DNA of 64,000 nucleotides from Spirochaetales bacterium (GTDB lineage: Bacteria > Spirochaetota > GWE2-31-10 > MWDO01). This document shows, piece after piece, positions 28,985 through 39,691 of this stretch. The stretch covers positions 666 through 64,665 of the forward strand of contig JAFYAI010000016.1 in assembly GCA_017540815.1 (NCBI GenBank), read 5' to 3'. The number at the start of each line of letters is the position of its first letter. Position 1 is the first letter of the stretch. Made by a program: the position numbers and the translations under genes. Below the pieces are notes generated by a model, which saw only the letters and a list, made by a program, of their open reading frames with translations, was not told where the DNA came from and made no database searches.

Positions 28985-30298
28985 CTAATAACACTTTATC
29001 TCCAGCAGTCGGCACTCGATCGGACCGTTCCAAACTTCAATGCGGCGGCTGGTGCGAAGCCCGATATGCTTCATCGCTTCAAAGTTGCCTGTGAAGATAT
29101 ACGCAGACGACGAAGTACAGTGGTGCTTAAGGAAGTCGCCGATGTCCTTGTAGAGAGCGAATACTGTCTCCTCGTCATCGGACTCCAGCCGCTGCCCGTA
29201 GGGCGGATTGGTGATGATGAGTGCATTCTCATAGTTATCCTGACAGTGACGGAAATCATCATTAATAATAGTAATCATCTTGTCGAGTTTGAGTGACTTT
29301 ATAATCTCGGACGCTTTCTTCGCAGTGAGTCTGTCAATCTCATAGCCTGTCAGTTTAATATCACTCAGAATAATCTGCTTTTGCAGATCACTTCGGGCTC
29401 GCTTGTAAGCGGCTTCATCAAAGTCAGTCCAATTCTGAAATGCGAATCTGCGGTGCAGATTAGGCGGGGTCCGTGTAGCGATGCAAGCCGCCTCAATGAG
29501 CAGCGTGGCACTCCCGCAGCAAATGTCCAGCACATTAGTCTTGCCATCCCAGCCGGATAACTCAAGCAGTCCTGCGGCAAGTTCTTCTTTGAGCGGAGCA
29601 GCGAAATGCGTATCCTCACGATAGCCACGCTTGAACAGCGGTATGCCGCTGCTGTCCAGATACAGAGTAACATCTCTGCCTGTCAGATACGCTATGACAT
29701 GGATGTCAGGATTATCCTTATCGACGCTCGGCCGCTGCCCGTCGTTGAACTTCCGCTGAGTGTCGAGGATTGCATCTTTTATACGATGGATCACATACTG
29801 AGAATGTGTCAGCTCATCGGAAGAGCCTTTGACATCGATGCGGATCGTCTTGTCAATACCGAACATCTTGTGCCAGTTAATCTTCTTAGCCTGATAGTAA
29901 AGCATATCATAATCATGAGCAATGATAGTCTTAAGCGGACGCAGGATATTCACTGCACTGCGGACAGCCATATTCGCCTTGTATAGCGTATAGTTGTCAC
30001 CTGTAAAGAATACGGTAGACCGTGAAACGGCTGTCACATTCGCACCGAGAGCAGCCAACTCATCGGCAAGGACATTCTCCAGACCACGCTGACAGATAGC
30101 GGTGTATTGCTGATTGCCTTGTGCATCAGCGTGATACTCAGGATGTTTCGGGCGGGATGAGGTCTGCGGCTCATCTGTGTATTCGTCCGGCTGATGTCTG
30201 TCATGCCGATGCTTCGCAAAATGCGGTTTCCCGTCGAAGTGCCTCTTATTGTGCCCATCGAAGTTCGTTTCTGTATATTTATTTGATGTATATGCCAT
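28985..30298 (-). CDS. THUMP-domain class I SAM-dependent methyltransferase (RlmL/YpsC-like) with a His/basic-rich N-terminal extension
   Basis: NPPYGQRL motif IV. THUMP-like region upstream. Possible later start. Confidence 0.8.
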   Translation of the reverse strand: MAYTSNKYTETNFDGHNKRHFDGKPHFAKHRHDRHQPDEYTDEPQTSSRPKHPEYHADAQGNQQYTAICQRGLENVLADELAALGANVTAVSRSTVFFTGDNYTLYKANMAVRSAVNILRPLKTIIAHDYDMLYYQAKKINWHKMFGIDKTIRIDVKGSSDELTHSQYVIHRIKDAILDTQRKFNDGQRPSVDKDNPDIHVIAYLTGRDVTLYLDSSGIPLFKRGYREDTHFAAPLKEELAAGLLELSGWDGKTNVLDICCGSATLLIEAACIATRTPPNLHRRFAFQNWTDFDEAAYKRARSDLQKQIILSDIKLTGYEIDRLTAKKASEIIKSLKLDKMITIINDDFRHCQDNYENALIITNPPYGQRLESDDEETVFALYKDIGDFLKHHCTSSSAYIFTGNFEAMKHIGLRTSRRIEVWNGPIECRLLEIKCY

Positions 30299-30308
30299 TT
30301 GTTCCTTT

Positions 30309-32513
30309 TTATCTCACCTTGCCATTAACCACATTCTGAGTAATGATGTCGCTGCCGCCGAGTTTCATCTGCTGCCCCTGAGCAAGCACATGGTTATCCT
30401 TGACGGTGAGCTTCACTTTGGCAAAGTCATCAATAGTTATCTCATTTGCAGGAGCGGCATTCACCGCATCAATCGTTACAATATCGCCGATATTCGCTTT
30501 AGGACAGAAGAGGACTTCGACTGTAGTTTTCTTCTTATCCTCGGCTGCAAGTATCATACCGAATGACTCAACGCCTCGCAGATTGGCAGGCTTGAGATTA
30601 GCCACGACTATGACATTCTGACCAAGCAGCTGCTCCGCTGCATAGTATGGCACAAGTCCCGATACTATCTGACGAATATCGCCGCCACCGAGATCTATCT
30701 TCTCCACATAGAGTTTGTCTGCTTCGGGATGACGGTTGATCTCGATGATTTTGCCGACTTTGAGCTGCAGTTTGGCAAATGCTTCAAGATCAGCAGTATC
30801 GTCAGCGGCAGTCTCCTGTGAGCCTGCGAACTTAGCCTGCAACGCTTCGACTTGCTTCTTGTCAAGTTTGGCAAACAATATCTGCGGCTCGTTAATCTTC
30901 TTGCCTTTGAGTTTTGTATAGTCTCCGATATTGTCAAGAACGATGTCGGTCTTGGGCAGATTAAGAGTTGCGAAGACTTTCTCAACTGTCGCAGGGATAA
31001 ACGGATATAGCAGCAGTGCAATATCTTTGGTAAAGCATGCCAAACTGCCCAACATTGTTGCAGCCTTATCTTTATCTTCCTTTATAACTGCCCACGGGGC
31101 ATTGTCTTGGAAGAACTTATTGCCAGCTGAACAGATCGCCAACACATCAAGCAGAGCTTTCTTCAGTTCAACTGCCTCAAAGTCAGCGATGATAGTCTGC
31201 TTCTCTTTCTGCATATCTATGATGGAGAATATCGAATTCGGCGAAGCATTGTCGAAATCAGGGATAACGCCGTCGAAGAAGCGATTGATGAACTGATAAA
31301 CTCGGTTCACAAGGTTAGCAAAGTTGGCGATGATCTCACCGTTAGCCTTCTCCATGAAGTCATTCCAAAAGAACTGCGTATCACTCTTCTCAGGACGGTT
31401 GCGAATAAGATAATATCGGAACAGATCAGCATCTATGCCTGTATCGCGAGCCTGATCTCCGAACACGCCTGTGCCTCGGCTCTTAGAGAATTTCTTGTCT
31501 TCGTAGTTTAGATACTCCGTAGAACTGATGGTCTTAAGCAGAGTCCACGGCTTGCCTGTCCCCATCAGGCTTGACGGGAATATAACTGTATGGAACGGGA
31601 TATTGTCCTTGCCGATAAACTGATACAGGTCGGTATGGTCAGGATCGTGCCACCACTTATCGATGTCGAAACCGGCAGCGGCAGTGATCGAGATATACCC
31701 GATCGGAGCATCGAACCATACATAGAAGACTTTATCTTCATAGCCTGCCAAAGGTACCGGCACGCCCCATTTCAAGTCTCTTGTGATACATCGCTTCTGC
31801 AAGCCCTGCTCTATCCAGCCTTTAGCCACAGAGACAGCATTGTTTGACCAGCCGTTCTTCTCGGCAGTCTCATCAATCCACTTCGTCAGCTGCGGTGCTA
31901 CTTTCTGCAGGTCCAAGAATAAATGTCTTGACTGTCTGAATACCGGCTTCGATCCGCAGACTGTGCACCGCGGATTCTTCAGTTCAGCCGGATCAAGCAG
32001 TTTGCCGCATTTGTCGCACTGATCACCCTTAGCCTGCTCATATCCGCAGTGAGGGCAAGTGCCGTCTACATATCTGTCTGCCAGCGGCATATTGCACTTC
32101 TCGCAGAATGGCTGAGTTACTGTGCCTTCGGTAATGTATCCATTGTTATACAAGTCTCGGAATATCTCCTGCACAACTTTGGTCTGCTCCGGTGTGCTTG
32201 TCCGCCCGAATGCGTCGAACTGAATATTAAACCAATCGTATATCTCTTTATGAATGGCATGATATTTATCGCACAGCTGCTTAGGAGTAACATGTTCCTG
32301 CAAAGCACGAGTCTCAGTCGTCGTGCCGTATTCGTCATTGCCGCAGACATACAGCGTCTCATATCCTGCCATACGGCAGTATCTGGCAAAAACATCTGCC
32401 GACAGTACACAGCCTATTATGTTCCCTAAATGCGGAATGTTATTTACATACGGCAGAGCCGAAGTGATTAATCGTTTATTTGACATAAGACGCTCCTTTT
32501 GAACCTCACCCAT
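30309..32513 (-). CDS. metG: Methionine--tRNA ligase with a C-terminal tRNA-binding (EMAP-like) domain. Likely start at the MSNKRL Met near 32486.
   Basis: HLGN (LPYVNNIPHLGNI), KFSKS (KMSKS-type) motif, four-Cys zinc knuckle. Confidence 0.95.
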   Translation of the reverse strand: MGEVQKERLMSNKRLITSALPYVNNIPHLGNIIGCVLSADVFARYCRMAGYETLYVCGNDEYGTTTETRALQEHVTPKQLCDKYHAIHKEIYDWFNIQFDAFGRTSTPEQTKVVQEIFRDLYNNGYITEGTVTQPFCEKCNMPLADRYVDGTCPHCGYEQAKGDQCDKCGKLLDPAELKNPRCTVCGSKPVFRQSRHLFLDLQKVAPQLTKWIDETAEKNGWSNNAVSVAKGWIEQGLQKRCITRDLKWGVPVPLAGYEDKVFYVWFDAPIGYISITAAAGFDIDKWWHDPDHTDLYQFIGKDNIPFHTVIFPSSLMGTGKPWTLLKTISSTEYLNYEDKKFSKSRGTGVFGDQARDTGIDADLFRYYLIRNRPEKSDTQFFWNDFMEKANGEIIANFANLVNRVYQFINRFFDGVIPDFDNASPNSIFSIIDMQKEKQTIIADFEAVELKKALLDVLAICSAGNKFFQDNAPWAVIKEDKDKAATMLGSLACFTKDIALLLYPFIPATVEKVFATLNLPKTDIVLDNIGDYTKLKGKKINEPQILFAKLDKKQVEALQAKFAGSQETAADDTADLEAFAKLQLKVGKIIEINRHPEADKLYVEKIDLGGGDIRQIVSGLVPYYAAEQLLGQNVIVVANLKPANLRGVESFGMILAAEDKKKTTVEVLFCPKANIGDIVTIDAVNAAPANEITIDDFAKVKLTVKDNHVLAQGQQMKLGGSDIITQNVVNGKVR

Positions 32514-32674
32514 GCCACGCCGACGACTGTGGAGAGGGGTGGAAAAACTGACTTATTATAATAGAAAATAATCAAAAAAACAAGTATTTTTCTTGACAAA
32601 TTCAATAAAAATCATTATCTTATATTGGGGTTTGGTGTTCCCAAAAACCTATATAACAAAAACTAGGTGGTGCT

Positions 32675-33634
32675 ATGATAAGCGTTAAGGATTTAGTAAA
32701 GTCTTATGACAACTATGAACCTGCGGTTAAGGGTGTCTCATTCGAGATCGGCAAAGGAGAGATCGTCGGTCTGCTCGGTCCGAACGGAGCCGGTAAGTCT
32801 ACCATTATGAAGATGCTGACATGCTATATGAATCCGACAGCAGGACAGATTATTATCGACGGCAAGAATACGATGGACGAGCCGCTGGAAGTTAAGAAAC
32901 TGATTGGTTATCTGCCGGAGAGTTCTCCGCAGTATGAAGATATGACAGTATTTGATTATCTTAATTGGACAGCAGAGATAAGAGGTGTCGATCCGGCTGG
33001 CATACCGGCTAAGGTCGATGAGATGATTAGTCTCACAAGTTTGGAGAGAGTCGTCGCTAAGAAGATCGGACAGCTGTCCAAAGGTTACCGCAAGCGAGTC
33101 GGTCTTGCTTCTGTAATGATCCACGATCCAAAGATCCTCATCCTTGATGAGCCGACAAGCGGACTTGATCCTAATCAGATTATGACATTCCGCCGTATCC
33201 TGCGAAGACTCAGCGAGAAGAAGACGATCATCCTGTCTACGCATGTTTTGTCAGAGATTGAGGCTATATGCGAGAGAGTCATCATTATCAACCGTGGCCG
33301 CATCGTTGCCGACGATACGATCGCTAACCTTGTCGGTCAGAAATATGCCGATGAGCAGTGCATCGATTTCGCAGTTGAGGCAAAAGATCTGGCAGAGACA
33401 GAGCGTGAGATAGCGAAAGTACAGGGTGCATGGAAAGTCGAGTTCGAGAAGAAAGCGGCTAAGAATGTGTTCTGCTTCAAAGCACTTGTCACAAAAGGCT
33501 CAGACTATGAGACCAATCTGAAAGAGTTCTGTCAGAATAAAGGCTGGAATCTCAATTCGTTCGAGATACACAATGCCAATCTGGAAGAAGTATTCCTCAA
33601 ACTTGCCGGAGAAGAAGAAGGAGTTGACAAATGA
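32675..33634 (+). CDS. ABC transporter ATP-binding protein (GldA-like)
   Basis: Walker A GPNGAGKST, signature LSKGYRKR, Walker B ILILDEPTSGLD. Confidence 0.88.
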   Translation: MISVKDLVKSYDNYEPAVKGVSFEIGKGEIVGLLGPNGAGKSTIMKMLTCYMNPTAGQIIIDGKNTMDEPLEVKKLIGYLPESSPQYEDMTVFDYLNWTAEIRGVDPAGIPAKVDEMISLTSLERVVAKKIGQLSKGYRKRVGLASVMIHDPKILILDEPTSGLDPNQIMTFRRILRRLSEKKTIILSTHVLSEIEAICERVIIINRGRIVADDTIANLVGQKYADEQCIDFAVEAKDLAETEREIAKVQGAWKVEFEKKAAKNVFCFKALVTKGSDYETNLKEFCQNKGWNLNSFEIHNANLEEVFLKLAGEEEGVDK

Positions 33635-34443
33635 GTACATTTATAAATATTATAGTTCTGTTCGGTGTGCCGGCACTGCTGATCCTGCTGCCGAGTGTAT
33701 GGCTGCCGGTAGGCGTTCGTGCCGAATATAAAAAGGAGTTAAGCGGTTATTTTAATTCTCTTATCGCTTATATCTTCCTTATACTGTTCGTCGTTGTATC
33801 CAATCTGATGTTCTTCTATCTGCTTAACGGCTTGTTCCGGGAAGAGTCCGCATCTATGAGACGGTTCTTCGCAATGCTGCCGTATGTATTCGTAGTATTC
33901 ATACCGGGACTGACGATGGGTGCGTGGGCCAAAGAGAAGAACATCGGCACGATTGAGCTGCTCTTCACATTCCCGGTCAGTCCTTGGGAGATAATGCTCG
34001 GCAAGTTCTTCGCAGCACTGACACTTGTGATTACAGCATTATACAGCACGCTGTTTGTGCCTGTGCTGACTCAGATATTCATGGGTAACTTCGACTGGGG
34101 ACAGATAGTGACGCAGTATATCGGCTCGATTCTGCTGGCATGCTGCTATATCGCTATTACATTCCTGCTGTCGAGTCTGACAATGGAACTGATCAACGCA
34201 TTCCTGCTTAGTGCGATAACGCTGCTGGCACTGACGCTTATCGGCTATCTGCCGTCTATAATGCAGTTCCCTGTTTGGCTGGAGTGGCTTAGAAAAGTGT
34301 TCGTTTGGACAAGCCTTTCGACTCATTTCGGCAACTTCAGCAAAGGCGTAATCGATTCGCGTGACATTCTCTATTATGTCGGCGTGACGGCAATCTTCGC
34401 TTACCTCAACCTGCGGTCGCTGGACAGCCGCAAGTGGCGTTAA
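33631..34443 (+). CDS. ABC-2 type permease (GldF-like)
   Basis: Six predicted TM helices. 4-bp overlap with the ATPase gene. Confidence 0.8.
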   Translation: MSTFINIIVLFGVPALLILLPSVWLPVGVRAEYKKELSGYFNSLIAYIFLILFVVVSNLMFFYLLNGLFREESASMRRFFAMLPYVFVVFIPGLTMGAWAKEKNIGTIELLFTFPVSPWEIMLGKFFAALTLVITALYSTLFVPVLTQIFMGNFDWGQIVTQYIGSILLACCYIAITFLLSSLTMELINAFLLSAITLLALTLIGYLPSIMQFPVWLEWLRKVFVWTSLSTHFGNFSKGVIDSRDILYYVGVTAIFAYLNLRSLDSRKWR

Positions 34444-34458
34444 TCAAGGAGGACTACA

Positions 34459-36072
34459 ATGAATGATGTAAGCATAAAAAATAAAAAAATCCAGTCATGG
34501 ATCATCCTTGTGTTGGTTATACTCAATATTATCGCTTTTATATTTATCTCTAATAAAGCATATATCCGGTTCGACATGACCGAGGGCAAGAAGTACTCGA
34601 TCAGTGCAGCAACTAAGAATCTGCTGAAAAAACTCGATAACACTCTGGTCATCGAATATTACTATAATGACAAGAGCAAAGAGATTAGCGGTGTTGCACA
34701 GGTTATACAGTATATCACAGATATGCTGCGTGAATATGAGAATGCAGGCAAAGGCTATGTCAATGTAGTTATCCGGGAATTGAGCTTCCAGAAACCTGCC
34801 GATCAGGCTCTGATCTCGGAACTTGAAGTCAAAGGCATCAAGCAGTATCAACTGAGCCAGCAGGAGCAGGCAGAAGCCAAGAGTCTGCTCGGTTTCTCAG
34901 GTATGATCATCAAGTATAAAGATAATGAAACTGTAATCCCTGCAATCTTCCAGGATATGGGATTTGAGTTCCGCATTGACAGCGAGATCGCCAAACTTAT
35001 GGGCGGTGAAGAGAAAGTCGGTGTCATCTTCTCTTCGTCAGTCGGCACTCTTGAGAATGAGTTCAAGTATATTCGTCAGGTTGTAGAGCGAGAGTTTAGC
35101 GATGTGCGTGTGCTGCCGAAGGATCACAATATCCCGCCTGAGCTGACAGTTCTGCTTGTTGTAGGCGGCAAAGGCTTGTCTCAGTATGACATGCTGCAGA
35201 TCGATCAGTTCCTTATGAACGGTGGCAAAGTATTCTTCGCTGTCAACGGTGTCGATGTCAATATCAGCCAATACGGGATGTATGCAACTCCAGGAGATAC
35301 AGACCTGATAGACTTGCTGCAGCACTACGGCATCAAGCTCAACCGCAATCTCGTCGGTGACAATCAGTCATACAACGGCGTGCGACAGGGCTTCTCAATG
35401 CTGCGTTATCCACTGTGGGTCAAGGTTAAGTCCTCTAATATCAACAGAGACAGTGCTGTCGTAAGCGGCATTGACAGACTTAATCTGCTGTGGACATCTT
35501 CGATCGACATTATGGACAGTGCCAAAGACAAGGCACATTTCCTCTTCAAAACAACTAATGATGCGTGGTCACAGGATCAGAACTATCAGGTGGATCTTGA
35601 CTCTTACAAATATCCTGTGCAGCAGGGTGGCAATACTTACACTCTCGCAGTTGCATTCGACGGAGAGGTCAACAGCTACTTCGCAGACAAGGACATCCCT
35701 GTAAATGAAGTCAACGAGAAGGAGCAGTTCACTGCTAACCGCACAGCGAAAGGCAATGCGAAGTTTATATTGGTCGGCTGTGAGCAATTCCTGCACAGTA
35801 ACTTCGCCGGCAATGATGAGTTTATCTTCCTTATGAACGGACTTGACTGGCTGTCCAAAGACGGCTCATTGATTGAGATCCGAAATAAAGGCAAGTTCAC
35901 ACAGCCGTTGGACAAGATCAAAGATATGCGGACTTACGGTGCTGTGAAGTCATTCATTATCGGATTCTCTACATTTGGCGTGGCGGTGCTGTTTATCATC
36001 TTGGGTGTCGTGCTGTTCATCATGCGTCAGATACGCAGCAAAAAAGTTTACGAGCATTACAAAAAAGACTAA
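34459..36072 (+). CDS. GldG-like ABC-transporter-associated protein
   Basis: N-terminal TM, large extracytoplasmic domain, C-terminal TM anchor. Positioned after the GldA/F-like pair. Confidence 0.75.
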   Translation: MNDVSIKNKKIQSWIILVLVILNIIAFIFISNKAYIRFDMTEGKKYSISAATKNLLKKLDNTLVIEYYYNDKSKEISGVAQVIQYITDMLREYENAGKGYVNVVIRELSFQKPADQALISELEVKGIKQYQLSQQEQAEAKSLLGFSGMIIKYKDNETVIPAIFQDMGFEFRIDSEIAKLMGGEEKVGVIFSSSVGTLENEFKYIRQVVEREFSDVRVLPKDHNIPPELTVLLVVGGKGLSQYDMLQIDQFLMNGGKVFFAVNGVDVNISQYGMYATPGDTDLIDLLQHYGIKLNRNLVGDNQSYNGVRQGFSMLRYPLWVKVKSSNINRDSAVVSGIDRLNLLWTSSIDIMDSAKDKAHFLFKTTNDAWSQDQNYQVDLDSYKYPVQQGGNTYTLAVAFDGEVNSYFADKDIPVNEVNEKEQFTANRTAKGNAKFILVGCEQFLHSNFAGNDEFIFLMNGLDWLSKDGSLIEIRNKGKFTQPLDKIKDMRTYGAVKSFIIGFSTFGVAVLFIILGVVLFIMRQIRSKKVYEHYKKD

Positions 36073-36083
36073 GGCGGTAGAAT

Positions 36084-37067
36084 ATGAAATTATCAAGACA
36101 AAATATAATAATCGGTTTGAGTTGTCTGCTTGTCCTGCAGATCGTGATATTAATGTTTTTATATGTATTTAACTTTCAGAATGCCAAGATTAGAGCGATT
36201 GAGAAGCCGCTCATTGCCGGTCTGACTGAGAAGAATATTACAGGACTGGAGATCAAGGACTATATGGACAGTTTCTCTGTCAAGAAAGACGGCAGCGGTG
36301 TGTGGTTCGTCTATGTAGGTGAGAATACGATGCCTGTGAATGTCAGCAAGGTTCAGAGTTATATCAAAGATCTTGCAGAGATGAAACAGGGCGTAGCCGT
36401 TGCCAATACGCCGGACAGCAGTCTCGACAGCAAATACGGTTTCGATGAGAAGAACTGTCAGGAACTGACAATTCTCTGCGGCAGCAAGAAATATTCAATG
36501 CTTATCGGAAATACAGGCTCGAAGCGCGGTACTTCATATATCAAGTATAACGGTGAGAAGAAGATCCGCGAAGTGAAGTCTGTTGTCGCTACGGAGACAT
36601 CCAATCAGCCGATCAACTGGGCTCGCCGTGAGATACTCGGCAACATCCCTGAAAATGATGTGAAGAATTACGCTGTTGAGTCAACTCTTAGCTGGTTTAA
36701 CGGGAGCTATTCATTCTCTGCGAAGGAAAATACTGTCAAGGACAACACAAGCGATGCTCCTGATACATATCGGTTGGATACACCGCTGTCTGATCCTAAC
36801 AAGAAACTGTCAGACTATGTAATGCAGCGTCTTATGAAAGAAGTCCTGACGATGAAAGCAAGCGAATATAAGTTCGGTGCAACTTTGGCAGGCAGAACTA
36901 AGTCAGCTTCAATGCGTATCACTCTTAAGAATGAGAAAGTGATTAACCTGTCAGTCTACAACGCTGACGAAGATGACATAGGTGATTACATTATCGATTC
37001 GGATGCAGACAACTATCTGTATCTGATCCATGAAGAAGATCTAAAGAAAGCAGTGAAAGAACTGTAA
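36084..37067 (+). CDS. DUF4340-like membrane-anchored protein
   Basis: Single N-terminal TM. Conserved position after GldG-like genes. Confidence 0.55.
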   Translation: MKLSRQNIIIGLSCLLVLQIVILMFLYVFNFQNAKIRAIEKPLIAGLTEKNITGLEIKDYMDSFSVKKDGSGVWFVYVGENTMPVNVSKVQSYIKDLAEMKQGVAVANTPDSSLDSKYGFDEKNCQELTILCGSKKYSMLIGNTGSKRGTSYIKYNGEKKIREVKSVVATETSNQPINWARREILGNIPENDVKNYAVESTLSWFNGSYSFSAKENTVKDNTSDAPDTYRLDTPLSDPNKKLSDYVMQRLMKEVLTMKASEYKFGATLAGRTKSASMRITLKNEKVINLSVYNADEDDIGDYIIDSDADNYLYLIHEEDLKKAVKEL

Positions 37068-37107
37068 AAAAATAAGGAAGTTTGCTTGCAAACTTCCTTA
37101 TTTTTTT
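37066..37107. terminator. Bidirectional terminator
   Basis: aaaaaaataaggaagtttgcttgcaaacttccttattttttt. Confidence 0.7.
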
Positions 37108-39508
37108 ACCCTCGCATCATATCAAGATATGCCTGCAAATCATGAGGCAATTTGCCGTCTTCAAGATATTTGTGGTATCGGCTCTCCAACGACTTGTAGT
37201 CTCGATTGCGAATGTTGTTAAACTTCGTATCAAACTCTGTAAACAGCGGCAGCTTAGCAAGGTAAGTTCTGGTCTCTTTTGGGAATGGCACATACTTATA
37301 GAACATTCCTCGGACAACCTTGTTAAGTTTCGGTATTCCCTGACTTTCATTCTGCAGCCACAGCAGATAATCGGCAGCGAAGCGGTCTCGATCGATCTTT
37401 ATTCTTTGGAACTGGATCTTAATCAGTTCTTTCGCTTCAAGCGAAAGTTCCTTATAGTTCTTATCATAATACTGCGAGTAGTCGTAATACGAGCCGACAA
37501 GTCCGCCTTCCGTCGGATCCATCCAGTTCGCTCCGGCGATGACTTTGTTCAGCTCCCAGCGGAAATGAGCAAATGCCTTGATAGTCGCCTTCTCTATATC
37601 GCCGTTAAACAATATCGGCAACACAAGACGGCCTCTCGTCGATCGCATATTGTTGATCATCTCCTGCCACATCTGCACACGGACACCGCTGCTCGGCACA
37701 AGTATCATATAAGGTGTAACTTCTTTCTTGATCAACTCACTCTTGCCCGGGACTTTCCAAGTAGTCTCTCTGAAAAACAAAGTATAGTCCAGCTTGTTAA
37801 TCTTGTCAGTTATGACTTCCATACGCTTCGGCTGCATAAATATCCTGTTCGGAGCACCCTTGAACGAATGTTCCGTCAGCACAGGCACATACGCACGCAG
37901 GTTATCACTTGTGATACGCATTGCGGACTTAACCATATTGCTAATCTCGAAATCCAGCCTGCCGGCAGGTGTATCTTCAATGACTTTCTCATTCTTACTG
38001 AATGTCCTCTTAACCACTTTAGAGAAGATCTCACCGGTCTCCGACATACTAGGCTGCTCCGTGCCGTCATAGATAAGTCGCAGATAATCCACAAGTGTGA
38101 TCAGTTTGATCTTGCCGTTATACGGCTTGCGCAGGATGCCTACAGAATTCACAAGGAACTCTGCCTGCTCCTCAGTAATGAGCGTCTCATCAGCAAATCC
38201 GAAATAAAGGAACAAGGAGATCTCCAGCGGCAAACTGTCTATAAGATCCTTCTCGAAGACTTTCAGCAGAATGTTATAATACAGTGCGAAGAACTCCTCC
38301 TGCATCTTGCGGATAATCAGGCGAGAGTCTTTTGCCGTAGGATCCTGATAGTTGATATTTTTCAGATTCTTAATCGCTTTGGCAACAGAGTCTTTCTTCT
38401 CCTTAGACAAAGTTGAGAATCCCAATATCTTCTGCACTGAGCCTTTCAGTTTCTTCTTGAATGCACCATTGCTTGTAGCTGCCGTTTGAGCAGTCTCCTC
38501 TGTCGGAACAGATGCTGCATTCTTAATGAGTTTAGCATATTTATCCGTCGGACTTATATGCTCGATGCCGATCAACTGAGTGTAGTTCTTCTCCATATTG
38601 CGGCACAGTGATACAATGCCGTTGCACAGAGCCGGACCTCCAATCTTGCCCAGTTTATCGCCGCATTCCGAGATTCTGTTAAATGCAGACTGTTCATCAT
38701 CGAAGAACGAAGTAAATGCCTGATCAATCTGCTTCGAGCATTTTGCAGTCTCAATGTTTATCTCATCAATGATAGCGGCTAATTCTTTATAGATGTATGT
38801 ATATATCTTAGGATTGGCGAAGAACAATGCGGAAAATGCTTCCGGTTTGGACTTAATCAGATTATTGTAGAAGTCAAGCCGATTGAAGTCATATCGCTCA
38901 ACCGGATCGAATGACAGAACATTATAATTCGTGCCGAGCTGTTCAGAAAAGTCCTCCAACAGAAATGTCGGAGCAACAGAAGAGTCGATCTCTCCTCCGG
39001 CTGCACGGAAATGTTTCATCAGCGGAGTATCCTTCTTATTGATATGAGAGTACAGCAGCATCAGATTGTCAGAGACTTTCTGCATATCAGAAGCCATTCT
39101 TGCATATTTTTTCATATTATTCATCGACTTCTGCACAATGTCTCTCACGCCATTCAGAACATTCAGTGCAAGACCGGCATTCATCCGCAGGAAATCTACA
39201 ATCTCATTAGTCGTCTGCGGCACAGTAACTGTCATCGCCTGACAATCAGTCAATGCACGCACGGTAACTGTCTGCGGCTCTTCATTAATCAGATTGCTAA
39301 CACCGACAAACTCCTTGCCTGCCGTCATACCGATACGGCGGCTCGCACCGAGCAGTTCGCTCTGACTCATACCGTCATTTCTGTCGGCACAATACAGCAA
39401 CTCCGCAGTTCCTCCTCCGAGGACCGTTATCTGACGATAGTTGTCCCCCTGCATCGCTATTATATCGCCCTGCTTATATATTTTTTTATCGGATGTGAAT
39501 GTCTGACT
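37106..39508 (-). CDS. Large protein with an N-terminal cyclic-nucleotide-binding-like domain. Start at 39508 with GGAGG RBS; the ORF is open further to 39649.
   Basis: GDIIAMQGDNYRQITVLGGGTAELLY…RALTDCQAM resembles a cNMP-binding fold. The remaining roughly 650 aa are uncharacterised. Confidence 0.55.
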   Translation of the reverse strand, partial: SQTFTSDKKIYKQGDIIAMQGDNYRQITVLGGGTAELLYCADRNDGMSQSELLGASRRIGMTAGKEFVGVSNLINEEPQTVTVRALTDCQAMTVTVPQTTNEIVDFLRMNAGLALNVLNGVRDIVQKSMNNMKKYARMASDMQKVSDNLMLLYSHINKKDTPLMKHFRAAGGEIDSSVAPTFLLEDFSEQLGTNYNVLSFDPVERYDFNRLDFYNNLIKSKPEAFSALFFANPKIYTYIYKELAAIIDEINIETAKCSKQIDQAFTSFFDDEQSAFNRISECGDKLGKIGGPALCNGIVSLCRNMEKNYTQLIGIEHISPTDKYAKLIKNAASVPTEETAQTAATSNGAFKKKLKGSVQKILGFSTLSKEKKDSVAKAIKNLKNINYQDPTAKDSRLIIRKMQEEFFALYYNILLKVFEKDLIDSLPLEISLFLYFGFADETLITEEQAEFLVNSVGILRKPYNGKIKLITLVDYLRLIYDGTEQPSMSETGEIFSKVVKRTFSKNEKVIEDTPAGRLDFEISNMVKSAMRITSDNLRAYVPVLTEHSFKGAPNRIFMQPKRMEVITDKINKLDYTLFFRETTWKVPGKSELIKKEVTPYMILVPSSGVRVQMWQEMINNMRSTRGRLVLPILFNGDIEKATIKAFAHFRWELNKVIAGANWMDPTEGGLVGSYYDYSQYYDKNYKELSLEAKELIKIQFQRIKIDRDRFAADYLLWLQNESQGIPKLNKVVRGMFYKYVPFPKETRTYLAKLPLFTEFDTKFNNIRNRDYKSLESRYHKYLEDGKLPHDLQAYLDMMRG

Positions 39509-39691
39509 CATTGCAAGCCTCCGTTTTTGTCTAAAAAAAAATTCACTCATTCCATTATCGGAACTCATAGCCAATAAATTTAACAGAACTGTTGTGCGAT
39601 TTTGGAGTAGAAGAAGGCTATAAATAATGGTATAAAAAATGCGTATCACGCATCCCTGCTCGGCTGTTCATTTTCTGAAAATATTATTTTT

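Noticed and set aside
37082-38416. 444-aa ORF on + strand
   Set aside because: Lies entirely antisense within the 800-aa minus-strand gene, which has an RBS and coherent domain content. The translation is low-complexity with no motifs. Spurious.
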